From: the human T2T-CHM13v2.0 reference genome, Homo sapiens
Length of the DNA stretch: 64,000 nt
NCBI RefSeq assembly: GCF_009914755.1
Contig: NC_060934.1
Direction: 5' to 3' (one strand)
Made by a program: the position numbers and the translations under genes. Below, in pieces: positions 30,537 through 41,229 of this stretch; within the stretch, counting starts at the first letter, position 1; each line of letters starts with the position of its first letter. The notes under the pieces were generated by a model. That model was not told the origin of the DNA. It saw only the letters and a program-made list of their open reading frames with translations, and did not search any database.

Positions 30537-30929
30537 TAAGAAAAGAAAAGTAGCTCAGGGCAGTCTGAGGTACGTGAGGGATGCAAAATCCATCAGGCCC
30601 AGAGAGTCCGAGTGTGGGACTTCAGTCAAGCCCCACTTATGCTGGAGGACAATGGTTTAAAGTCATTTTGTGATACAAATAAACAGTGTATAGCTAATCA
30701 AATCTTACATTATTTTAATGTAAATTATTGGTAAAAAAACCTCAGGAACTTCTTTTTTTCCTTTAGAAATTCACTTGCAAGTACTGTTAATCAGAGTGTA
30801 CATTCAGGGCAACCTGAATTTATGATCCTAATTTCAATTCTGAAGCTTAGCCCCCCCACACCCCCCACCAATCCCCCAAATTCTCTGCTTATATTAATTT
30901 GGCCTCAGCTTCTTCCTTCTAGGTCGACA
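30537..30929 (+). mobile_element. ERV1 (MER4-group) 5' LTR, 'type A'
   Basis: Begins t(a)agaaaagaaaagtagctcagggcagtctgagg, ends ttctaggtcgaca, followed within 5 nt by a PBS. Confidence 0.8.
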
Positions 30930-30933
30930 TATG

Positions 30934-30951
30934 TGGTGTAGTTGGCAGGAT
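30934..30951 (+). promoter_or_regulatory. Retroviral primer-binding site, tRNA-Ser
   Basis: tggtgtagttggcaggat versus TGGCGTAGTCGGCAGGAT (complement of the tRNA-Ser 3' end). Both mismatches are CpG>TpG. Confidence 0.85.
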
Positions 30952-33847
30952 CCAGAGCTACTCCCCCCAGCCCTCCAGGGTTTCTCTCTGAAAGCCCTGC
31001 TTGGCACCAGCAGGAACCCATCGCATTCTCTCTGCCTTCAGAAGTTCCAACGGGTATTTCAGGTAAGTTCTATTGAACTTGTGAGTTCTCTTGAATTTGA
31101 AGCTTCTACTCTTTTGTTGAAAGTCTAGATGTTATTTGGATCAGTTTTCAAAACCTCTTTTTCCTTTAAGACTGAGGGCTTCAGTCTGTCTTTGGATAGG
31201 AGGTTCCAATAAAGAACTCTGCAGAGAACTGGCTTTTTTCCACCTCTACCTTAGGACAGAAGGTTTGGGTTTTTCTACCTTTGTCTCAGGATTGGGAATT
31301 CAGGTCATGGGAATGGCAATGTGGACCAGTGATCTCAGTTGACATAGTATGCTTTTTAAGATTGCAGAGGTTTTCTATTGTTTAAGATTTGGGCTTGGTT
31401 TTTCATTTGTGATCAAATCCTGTTAAAACACTAGCTGAATTTGTATATAACATTTATGGCACTTCATCTTATAAATACCTAGGAAAGTCGACCCACCCAA
31501 CCCAGGATGTTTTTAAGCAGCAGTAGCCAATATGGGGATCCTTTGAAATGTTTAAAATAATTCATTTGCATGCACAGTTGGAGAAAAAAGCTGGCTTTCA
31601 TACCAGACAAACTGAATGAGAGACCTACTTTATGTTCATTGTGGCTGAACTCTAATGATAAGAGATTTGATAACATTTCATGTAGAATTCTACGGTCAGA
31701 AGTTGGCTTAAATAAAAGCTGATATTTAAGGTATAATGTTTTTGAGTAAAAATAACAAAAAGGTTTTTTATCTTTTCCTTTTTTGGATCTTGTTTGTGGG
31801 AATTTTTTCAGTTAACTAAAACTCCTGTTTAAGAATGTTTGGCCTGTCTGTTTCTATCTTGCTGGCATAATTCTTGCTGAGAAAAATGTAAAAACTTAGT
31901 CTTTTAAAAAAAAAGACTCCTCAGTTTGGCTCCTCTAAGACTTATTGTTCTATTTCCTTCCACTTCTGGTTCTCTGTCTTTTTGCCGTTTTTGATACCAC
32001 ATGAAGAAACTAAGGGAGACTTCAAATGACTGTGAGGCCACTTGAAAACTACAGAAAAAGGCAGTCCCCCTTTGGAAAGTTTTCTGTTTTTCTCGTGGAG
32101 TACAAAGAATTGTGGGCAGGTTCCTATCAGGTCTAAAACTCTTCTGTCTTTTGCAATAAGTTACCTGATCTCTTTGGCTTTGGGGGGGGTCCCAGGAATT
32201 ACTTTGTACTGTAAGAGAGAACTTGACTTTTTGTGTGTGCAATGGCTGACAAGTCACTGGACAAAGCTGCAGTTTTGGAAGCAGCTGACAGTGGTTGTAG
32301 TGAATATTTGCTGCTCCAGGGGGCAACTTGTTTCTTCGTGTGTTCAGATGAAAAGGCAGATTTGAACACTTGGAGGCTGTGGGAACACTCCCCATCAAAC
32401 AGTAAGATTCCTGTGGAGAACAGGCTGCTCTAGAGAGGCCTGCTTGGCACTAGGTCACCCACCAGGCTCAGGGGAATGTCTGTACCAAGGAGTACTGCGG
32501 AAACATTGCACAGCCTGGTCCTGTGGTGCTTCCCTTTTTTGAGGGTCCTACAGCTCCATATAGAAGTGGGGTCCTTGATTTTTAAAGATCTAGATGCACT
32601 GCCTTCCAGTTGTGCTGCTTTTTACATTTCAAATATTAGGCCAGGGAAACTGCAAATACTTTCTTTGCCCTATTCATTAAAGGGATCCACTCTGAGTCAG
32701 TAACCTAATCAAGAAATAAACTAAGTTGAAAGACCCCCATCTAACTAGATTGCTGGCATTTAGCTGGCTAGTTTGACACTCTTTATAGAAGAAATGTATA
32801 TCTTTAAGGAAATCTCCATTTATAAGGGCACCTCCCTGCACAGGAGCCGTTAGAAACTTTTACAATAAGAAAGACATTGGCTTAACGTTTATACACCAAA
32901 TCGTACCTTTGTTTAGGATACTTTTCCTGACAATCTTGTTTTGAGTGGGCCTTTATCCATGTCCTTTTTGTTTCAGCAAATAATGGTGTTTAGATCTAAG
33001 TTCTGTGCCTTGGAGATGTAAACTTTCACCTGAGTCATCCCTTTGAAGGTGTAAATTTAGGGTTGCTTAAGTAACAACTGTCTAGAGCAATGGAACAGGT
33101 AATCAAGAGATTAATAGTTTAAAGAGGGAAGAAAATTATTTAAAAACTGGCAAATAAAAAACTGTATAAAGCTATACAGCCTGTTTTTATCCATGTGTCT
33201 GAATGTCTGTATGTTTATATGTGTCATGTTTATGTGATATTTCACTATCAAAATATATAAAATATCTATTTCATTGGCTTAAGGAAAAAGGAACTGCTTA
33301 AATAAAATATTTTAGCAGAAAAATAGAAATTAACTCAAATGCCTTTAGTTCACATGACTTGGAAAACATTAGTAAATAACTCGTTTAACATTATTGGTTT
33401 AATGAAAACAGCTGTGTCTTCTGATCAGCAAAATAAACATGTGTTTAACTTTAGAGCTCTTTTTCACATGATAACTGCCTAACATTATGAGTTACAGAAG
33501 TGATTAACAAAGAAATAACTCGAGATGATGCCTGACTTTGTTTAACGAACTAGTCAAGCATAATTGTTAAGAATGAATACATTAAATAAATATAAACGGA
33601 ATAAAAGTTTATAAACAAAATTTTCATAATTTCAAAAATCTTTTTCAGAAACTTAATCTTAAAGTCATATTATGTTAAATTAATAGGTAATTATAAAATA
33701 CTTGAGTCATTTATATGATATAGAAAAACTAAATATATTTAGATCTGTTAATAAGGAAAAGTTATGAAATAGTTTTCATCTACAAGTACTGGTATAAGAG
33801 TTCAAAATTTACTTTTTAGGTTTTTCACTGGAAATTAGGGTTACTAA

Positions 33848-34535
33848 TGTTACCGGTGGAAGGTATCCAAGTTACCAGTGGTGAATCCATACAGATCTGC
33901 AGCAATCTCAGTTTTTGCCTCCTCAGAAGAAATAATTCAACTAAGGGGCATATAGCAGAAAGAGACTGAGGCAAGTTTCAGAGCAGGAGTGGAAGATTAT
34001 TTAGACAGGCGTTAGAACAGGAGAGAAAAGAAGGTTCACTTGGAAGAGACCCAAGTGGGCACCAAAGGTCAAGAGTGGTGTTTAACCTTGACTCTAAGAC
34101 TTTATAGGCTGGCCTCTTTGCCATGATCCTTCCCTTAGGGGGAGCTGCCCACATACGCAGTGCCCTCCTTACCCTTGGGAAGTGAGCATGCGCAGTGTGT
34201 TCAGGAAGTTGTATGCATTCCCATCTGAGACTTTCCTCCCTTTTCCAGTGGTGTGGCCCCAGAAGGTCATACTTCACCATTTTGTCTCTTAACGTAGATG
34301 TCCAGGAATTTGCTTCTCCCTGGCGCCTGCATTCAGTTAAATAACATTTTAGTGAAACAGACTTGACCATCAGGAAATGGCCTCTCTCTGGTGCTTTTTT
34401 ATCACTTTTGTTTTATTTATTTTATTTATCACTTTTAGAGAGACAATGTGATAATTGCCAAACCAGCACCTAATGTTCCTAGTGGGTGGGGAGCCCTTTC
34501 CTGCCCCACTCATGCCTGTCTAACTACCTGCAGCA
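33848..34535 (-). mobile_element. MER50-like solo LTR
   Basis: tgttaccggtggaagg...tgtctaactacctgcagca with perfect 4-bp TSD ctaa (33844-33847, 34536-34539). Confidence 0.85.
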
Positions 34536-36374
34536 CTAAGAGTCAATGTTATAGCTAATATGTATAATTAAAACTACTTGCTATAGGAAAAACCTCTATT
34601 ATAGAGCATATAAAGGAAGTAAGATGCAAAGAAAGTTGAAAAGAGAAAGTGATTTTTTTCTTTTACATGACTGAGGACTTTGTGGTCAAAACAATAAAGA
34701 AGAGAGAAAATCACATTTTTATAGAATCCCAATGCAAAAAGAGAAAGTATAAGACAAAACTGGAGGTTTAAGTAAGTTGTAGGTTTGTGAAAGATGAATC
34801 TTGCGAAAAGAATTTTGTGTGTGAGCAAGTTGGCTAAAATTATACGAGAATTATTTCAAGTTTTTCTAAAGATTGAGCATTAATATGAAAAGCACACTAA
34901 TGCAAGGCCAGAGTCCTGGCTCCTATGTTTGAACAATAGGGTTTTCCCTATAATTTTAACAGAAAATTATAAAAGATTATAAGAGGTTTATGGAAAGCTT
35001 ATCTTGCATGGTCAAAACTGATTCAGACTGGATGGATTTATTTATAAGTCTTTATTAAACTTAGCTTTAGCATTAATAATATACTGACACAAATGTAGAA
35101 TATGCTTTCCTCTTTTGAACAAGATTTTAATGTAGTATTAATAAGGATAGTAAAAGGCTTTTGTTCAACTTTTGAGTAAACTGCAAAAAAAGATCTTTAT
35201 TAGGTCTTTTGATTATTTAGATAACTGAGTCTTCTCTCTCAAAGAGTAAAGGTTGTTTGAAATTTTTGAATTATTGCTTTGGTTAAATGAATGACTATTA
35301 TTTACAGTGAACTGTGATCCTAATTTGATCAAGTGTTTTAAACCTTTAATATTTGATATACTACCCAAAGTCAAATTTCAGTTTCTAAAATTAAATCTTT
35401 TCCAAAAGTAACCTCTAGAAATCTAAGAAAGATATATTTAGCTTATTTGGTATGTTAAAATCATATGGGAAGCATTGTCAAATCTCAAATAAATAATGGA
35501 GTTTAATTTTTTAGTCATATTTTTCTGAATATGTTATTATTTTGATATATCATGATATATGTTGTCAAGCATAATTATGATTTATCCTTGGTAAAAATGG
35601 GGAAACGGGAGAGAAAAATTGCATTTCAGAAGACAAGTACAGTATGCCTGTTATCAGATTCTAGTCTTGCCCATTGTTTTTGAGTTTTTATTATTTTCCT
35701 ACAATTTGGACTAAATCCTGAATTCTTTCTTGGCTGCAAGTCTTCAAACTAATGCTTTTGAACTTTTCTCTCATTTTTCTCACTTGGAATCACTAGAATT
35801 TAAAACTGCTTTTCTTGAAGCCCTGCAAACTAAAGTTAGACAACTTGATATAAACTTCAGGAGGAGTCAGCACAGCAACTCACATGTACACAGCCTTTGT
35901 GCCTGCTGATGTATGGGCTACTCAGGAAGTTCACATGAACACGTAATTCAAACTATAATCCAGGAAAATCTGTAAGATTACCACTACAATCTGAAGATAC
36001 TTCTGAGACTCTAGAAAAACTAGTTTATTATGGACTATTCCAGACATTAAGAAAAACCTTTGTTTTTCTTTGTTTCCATAGAAATGCCTCTTATTAAAGA
36101 CCAGCTTGCCTGCATCAGCTGTAGAAGCCCAGCCCCTCTGTAGTGCCACCTCCTAGAATGGACACAGCTGTTTGACCAAATGCTTCTACTCTTAGGACTA
36201 AGAGACTGATTCAAGAAGATATGGGACAACATATTTATTTATTTTTCTTTTCTGCTTATCCCAATTTGTTTTTTCCCCTTCTTTGCCTTCTTTTCCTCTA
36301 ACCCAAATCTCTCCATAATCACTGATTCAGCTGTTGATAATGTGAAATTCTAGGGAAGTTCCAAACAGGAGGAT

Positions 36375-36860
36375 TGAAGGAGCGCAGGGAACTTGGCCCC
36401 AAAATATGGCTCCCTGGTATGAGTATTTTCAATTAAAGTCCCTCAAGATCAACAGAAGCTGGAAGAGTCCTCTCCCTTATCTACATGAAGACCCTGCAGA
36501 CCCACCAAAGAGAACAATTACTTTTCCTTCTCCTCCCTCTTATCTCATTATCTATTGCAGAAAAGAAAACCAACACGTGACCACACCTGAACAGACGCTT
36601 TCAAAAAAATAATCCATTTCTCCAGCTTATTAAATTTTCAAAGAGAACCATTTACGAATAACTCTCTGTTTCTTGACCCATTCATTCTCCTTAATAATAA
36701 TTTATTGCCCCTCAACAGAATCACCTACATTCCGCCTTCCACCCTCCTCTCTGAAAAAACGCTGTATAAGTATCTGGACCTCATGGGATATTGGGTAATC
36801 ACCTTATTTTTCCCGTGTACACGTTAATAAATTTGTATGCATTTCTCTTATTAATCTGCA
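36375..36860 (+). mobile_element. ERV1 LTR 'type B' (MER34-like), truncated in U5
   Basis: Polypurine tract then tgaagg...ccccaaaatatggc, TATA-like gtataag, ttaataaatttgtatgc...ttaatctgc. No visible similarity to LTR type A. Confidence 0.75.
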
Positions 36861-36938
36861 TTGTACACTTAAAAAGTATTAAAAGAGTGAAATTTATGTT
36901 ATGAATATTTTATCACAATAAAACAATATTTTAAAAAA
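36861..36938 (+). mobile_element. L1MB-like 3' terminal fragment
   Basis: 'ttgtacacttaaaaag...aaatttatgttatgaatattttatcacaataaaa'. Confidence 0.65.
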
Positions 36939-37044
36939 CTGACAAAAATTCTTTTTAATTTCTTTCAAGTGAGGAATTACCAACTACTTAACAGGGTGCT
37001 TAGAATGGGGGATTTTACCAGATAAATGGCATGCTTTTTACAAT

Positions 37045-37130
37045 TAACAATTGCTGTTATTTACTGAGTATCCACTTTCTCTGCCAGCTCCTGCGTTAAG
37101 CACTTTACATATACTAATTCAAATCCTTAA
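37045..37130 (-). mobile_element. MIR fragment
   Basis: 'tatttactgagtatccact...tgccagctcctgcgttaagcactttacatatactaattcaaatcct'. Confidence 0.65.
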
Positions 37131-37289
37131 AAAAGAAAATAAAGAAGAGAAAAGGAAAGAAAAATAAGAACATGTAAGGCTATAAGGTGCCTCATCTTTG
37201 CCAAATTCTACAGACTGGCCAGGAGACTGCAGGCCACTGCAGCTTCCTAAGGCCACTCAGGACAAGGCCAGTCCGCAATTTGTTTCACT

Positions 37290-38560
37290 GTGAGACGGCT
37301 GCGCGGTCAGAGCCCAGACACGGTCATCAGACTCCCGGACTTGGATTCAGCTCCACATGGTGTCACCCTGGGTAAAGGATGTACATCTCTGCGTGCCTGG
37401 GTTTGTATGGATGGCAGCATGGATGCTCAGGCAACTGACCCGTCAGGACTGCAGCAAATGAACAGAAGCTGGGGGAGAGCGCGGGCTGGTGCTGTACGGA
37501 GCTCTGGCGCAGAAGGCGCTCACCAGGGGTGCCCAGAGCCGGGGTCTGTGCGCCGCGGGTTGGATCCGGGTCACAGGCTCTGGGTGGACAGAGTGAGAAG
37601 ACAAAATGAGGATGTACTCCTCAGATGCTCACGAAAGGCCTCCTTCCCCTTCTTTGGGAACGACCCCCCCCCACCCCCTCCCCCCAACAGGCAGTCCCAG
37701 GCCGCGCCAGGACTCGGCCGCAGGCAACTCGGAGGAGCGGGAGCCCAGGGGCCTCAGGAGGGCCTCGGGAGTGGGGAGGTGAAGGGGGCGTCGGGAGGGC
37801 CGCGGGTGGGAGGCGGGATAGGGAGGCGGGGAGACTCGGAGCGGGGTTGGGGAGGCGAAGAATGGAGGTGGGGAGGTGGGGAGGGGGCTTCGGGAGGGCC
37901 GCGGGTGGGAGGGGGATGGGGAAGCGAGAAGGGGGGGCGGGGAGGGGGGCCTCGGGAGGACCGCGGGTGGGAGGTGGGTGGGGAGGGGGGCCTGGGGAAG
38001 GATGGAGCCCGCTGAAGGCAGGCGATGACGCAGGCCCAGTGTACTTCTCCTGGGGGCTCCTTTCTAGGCCCACGGAAGCTCCGTGTTGGTTTCTTTGTAC
38101 CCATATCACACTCACTGTATTTCTTCTTTCCTTTCCTCTCCCAGCAGCTGTAAGCGCCCTACAGTTTGCATGGGAAGGCAACAGGGACTTCCCTTTTGCA
38201 CTGTCTGCGGGTACCGCTGTTCCAGCCCTGAGAGGACGAGGGGACGCTGCGCTGTGGGGAAAGTCCGGGTGGCAGGAGGTGGCGGGGCTCCTGGAGGAGG
38301 TGCTGGGATGCGCTGCTGTGGCTGCAGAGAAAGGTCCCGAGGACGCAACCCGTCCCTTCCCCCGAACTGCGAAGGAGCCCCGCGGGGAGGACGGGCAGGG
38401 TCTCCCGGAGGGAGGAACAGGGGAGCCTGGAGTCTCAGGGTTGCGGGGAGCAGAGGCGTTCTGGGTGGTGAACGTCCCCAGCCTGCCCTCCCTGCTCACT
38501 GCGAGGTCGCGCACCGGCTCTGCTCCAGGCCTTCCCTCAGCCCTGGCCTCCAGGCAGTTT
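37290..38560. promoter_or_regulatory. CpG island
   Basis: High GC and dense CpG compared with the CpG-depleted flanks. Confidence 0.8.
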
Positions 38561-38787
38561 CCATTTTTGCCAGGTGGATTCTGTACGGCTTCATTTATTC
38601 AGAATCTGGATCAACAAATGAACACTCAGAGAGGAAAAGGGTGTTTGGAGGGGTGGAGAGGTTTCCAAGCAGGTGCCCACCTGAGGGCCCCCTGAAAGGG
38701 GACTTAAAGCCGAGTTTCCAGCTGGGCCACCCTTTTTTTTTCTTTCTTTCTTTCAGAAATATAAACAAAGAGCTTGAATTATTTTGA
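37606..38787 (+). CDS. Candidate spliced orphan ORF (exons 37606-37778, 38145-38333, 38757-38787; 130 aa); may instead be a lncRNA
   Basis: aaaATGa start. Donor AG/GTGAAG. Strong acceptors at 38144 (ctcac branch point plus pyrimidine tract) and 38756. Both junctions are phase-2 compatible. No recognisable domain. Confidence 0.35.
37748..38000 (+). repeat. G-rich degenerate minisatellite (core ggggcytcgggagggccgcgggtgggagg, 3-4 copies)
   Basis: Core recurs near 37785, 37884 and 37946. Many GGG runs give G-quadruplex potential. Confidence 0.85.
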
Positions 38788-39924
38788 AATAACTGTTGGT
38801 AGCTGGACTGTGTTCTCTTGACCGCAACATTGCTCTGGGACTGAATCGCGTGGGTCTCTGCTCTTCCTAAGTGTTACATAAGAATAGCGAACCCATGAGG
38901 TCAGCTTCTAAACCAGTTTCTTCCCATAACCTCCTGGACCAAGTCCCAAGCAAGGCCCAGAGGAGCTCAAGGACCCACTCTCCCCGGGACACTCCTCACT
39001 CTCTAGTTGGAAGGAGGAAATGAATGTCCCCCAGTAATTGAAGGCTGCTCATGTTTGTGTAGAAAAGCCAAGCACAGGCCCATATTCTAGAGGGTTGCTT
39101 GCGGCAGGCGGAAGGCCATCGAAGGCAAAACGAAACAAATGAAAAGGCATCTTTTGAAGCTAATGGAACAGATCAGGTGGTCAAAAATGGATAAACAATG
39201 GCATTTGGAGCAAAACTTTCAGCTTCTTCGTTTTAGTTCGACAGCCCCAGGAGGGCATGGAAGCTTCTCGCCCTCCTCATATGTCTTGCCCCAGGCATCT
39301 CTGTGTCTCTCTCCTCTGTAACATCCTTTATAGTAAATGTAAGTAGGCCTTTCCCTGAGCTCTGTGAGCTGCTCTAGCGAATTAATCAAGTGTTAGGAGG
39401 CGTCCTGGGAACATTGATTCGTGGGAACGCCAGTGGGTCAGAAGCACAGGTAAGACCACCTTGCCATTGGCATTGGAAGTGGAGGGCAGGCTTGGGACAT
39501 GAGGCTTGGGCTTGTGGGGTGTGAGGCCACCTCCAGGTAGAAGGTGTCGATGTTGGAATTGTCCGATGTAGAACTGCCTTCTTGCTTGTGGTGGGGAGAA
39601 AACCCACACATTTGGTCACAGAAGTCTTCTGTGTTGATTGTTGTTGAGTGAGAGAAAAAAAGTACTTTGGTTTGTTCTGATATTTTCAGAAAGGCTGTAA
39701 TCAGTTCCTGGGCAATGCGTCATAATACCTCCGCCTCAGTACACTCCCCATCCTGAGGGGCGGCGCTTGCCATTTCTGAAAGGATGCCTCTGTGGGGCCT
39801 GGGAGCAAGGCAAGGCTGTGTCATTTCAGTCCTCTCAGCCCAGTCCCCACCAGGACCTGCCAGCCTGGAGTGAAAATGCATCTTATTGTCCTTCTGTCGC
39901 CTTCCAGAGACAGACTCCTAACCA

Positions 39925-40690
39925 GAACGCACATGGCACACATGCATACACACACATTACACACACATGCCCCACATACATACACACAGGCCCCACATGC
40001 ATACACACGCACCACACATTCATATGCACACAGCACACATGTAGTCACACATGCCACACATGCATACACACACACCACCCATCCCACCCACATCACATAT
40101 GATATACACAAGACACACCACACCGCACCGCACCATAGTCACACATGCTAAACATACCACATCATCCACAAATGCACCTACACATGCCACACATCATGCC
40201 ACACCATGTATGCTACTGCATGTTACACCACCCACACACACCAGACACACTACACACATCACACACACACACCAGACATATTACAACATCCACACAAATA
40301 TCCCACACATACGACACAATACACACACGCTTGCCACACACACCACAACACACATGCACACGATACCATGTATGCTATACACAAGTGCATGATATACCAC
40401 CTAGACACACACTTGCCACTCATACCACACTGGGCACACCATGCACACATCACAGGCACACACACTGCCTACACGAATTCCACATTATACTTCCAGATAC
40501 CACAGAAAACAGCATCCAAATCACACAAACACACAAACTGTGCACATAGACACATATACCACAAACATACCACACATCCACACACACTGCATACACACAC
40601 CACATACAGAGACACAAGCCACAGGCACACCACAAAGTACACATTCCTACACCCAGCTCCTACCATCAACACCACAAACACGTTTTCAAA
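39925..40690 (+). repeat. CA-rich low-complexity/degenerate (CA)n tract
   Basis: ~750 bp of cacac/catac/cacat variants. Confidence 0.92.
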
Positions 40691-41229
40691 TGCTCATTCC
40701 ACATACTTATGAAAACAAAAGCTGTCATAAACAGCACAGTTCAAACCTGGGTCAATTAAAAGAAGAACAAAACAGTTGTAAAAGAAACACAGTATTCCAA
40801 CGTGTTCACCTCCTCTCCTCCCACATAATAGTCGTTTCTATTGTCATGTGCTTCACTCATCATTTTCTGTCCCTGAATAGGATCTCTGTGACATAGACAA
40901 AGCCACACTGAACTCATTTCCTCCAGAAAAGGCTGAATCCAAACTTCTCCCTGGCCACCTCTCCAGCTCTGGGGTATCCCCATCTGATATGAGAAGATAG
41001 GAGGAGGGAGGGAAGTAAAGATCTTTCTCTTCCAAAACTGTTTCATGGGAACCATTTTATTTTTTATAATTATAGCAAAATGTAAGTTTAAGATTTTTTG
41101 TGTGTTGTATTTGGGTTTGTAAAACTGAAAAGTAATCACTGGAAAATATATCCTTTATCCAATATCCAAATATTTCCAAATATATCCAACATCCAATATC
41201 CAATATATTTGGAAATATACCCAAATATA

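Larger units (their letters stand above)
30930..36374 (+). mobile_element. Degenerate ERV1 (MER4-group) internal region
   Basis: PBS, gag-matrix-like remnant Q*PIWGSFEMFKIIHLHAQLEK (~31521-31586), AT-rich interior, purine tract aaacaggagga before the next LTR, no intact ORFs. Confidence 0.8.
29801..39690 (+). mobile_element. MER21 LTR in three pieces (29801-29821, 30190-30536, 39244-~39690)
   Basis: Starts tgtgacattgtgaaaaatata. Middle piece ends 'gatggtgtgctc'. Resumes 'gccccaggagggcatggaagc...cacatttggtcacagaagtcttctgtgttgattg', collinear with the recalled consensus. Confidence 0.85.

Noticed and set aside
30930-36374. Coding-competent ERV (gag/pol/env, syncytin-like)
   Set aside because: Only a short stop-containing gag-like remnant; no long ORF in any frame
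37290-38695. Long unspliced ORFs (241, 297 and 356 aa) as genes
   Set aside because: They overlap on both strands across a GC-rich minisatellite/CpG island where stops are rare, and are low-complexity G/P/R-rich
39767-40896. His/Thr-rich and Cys/Val-rich ORFs
   Set aside because: Translation of degenerate (CA)n/(TG)n sequence
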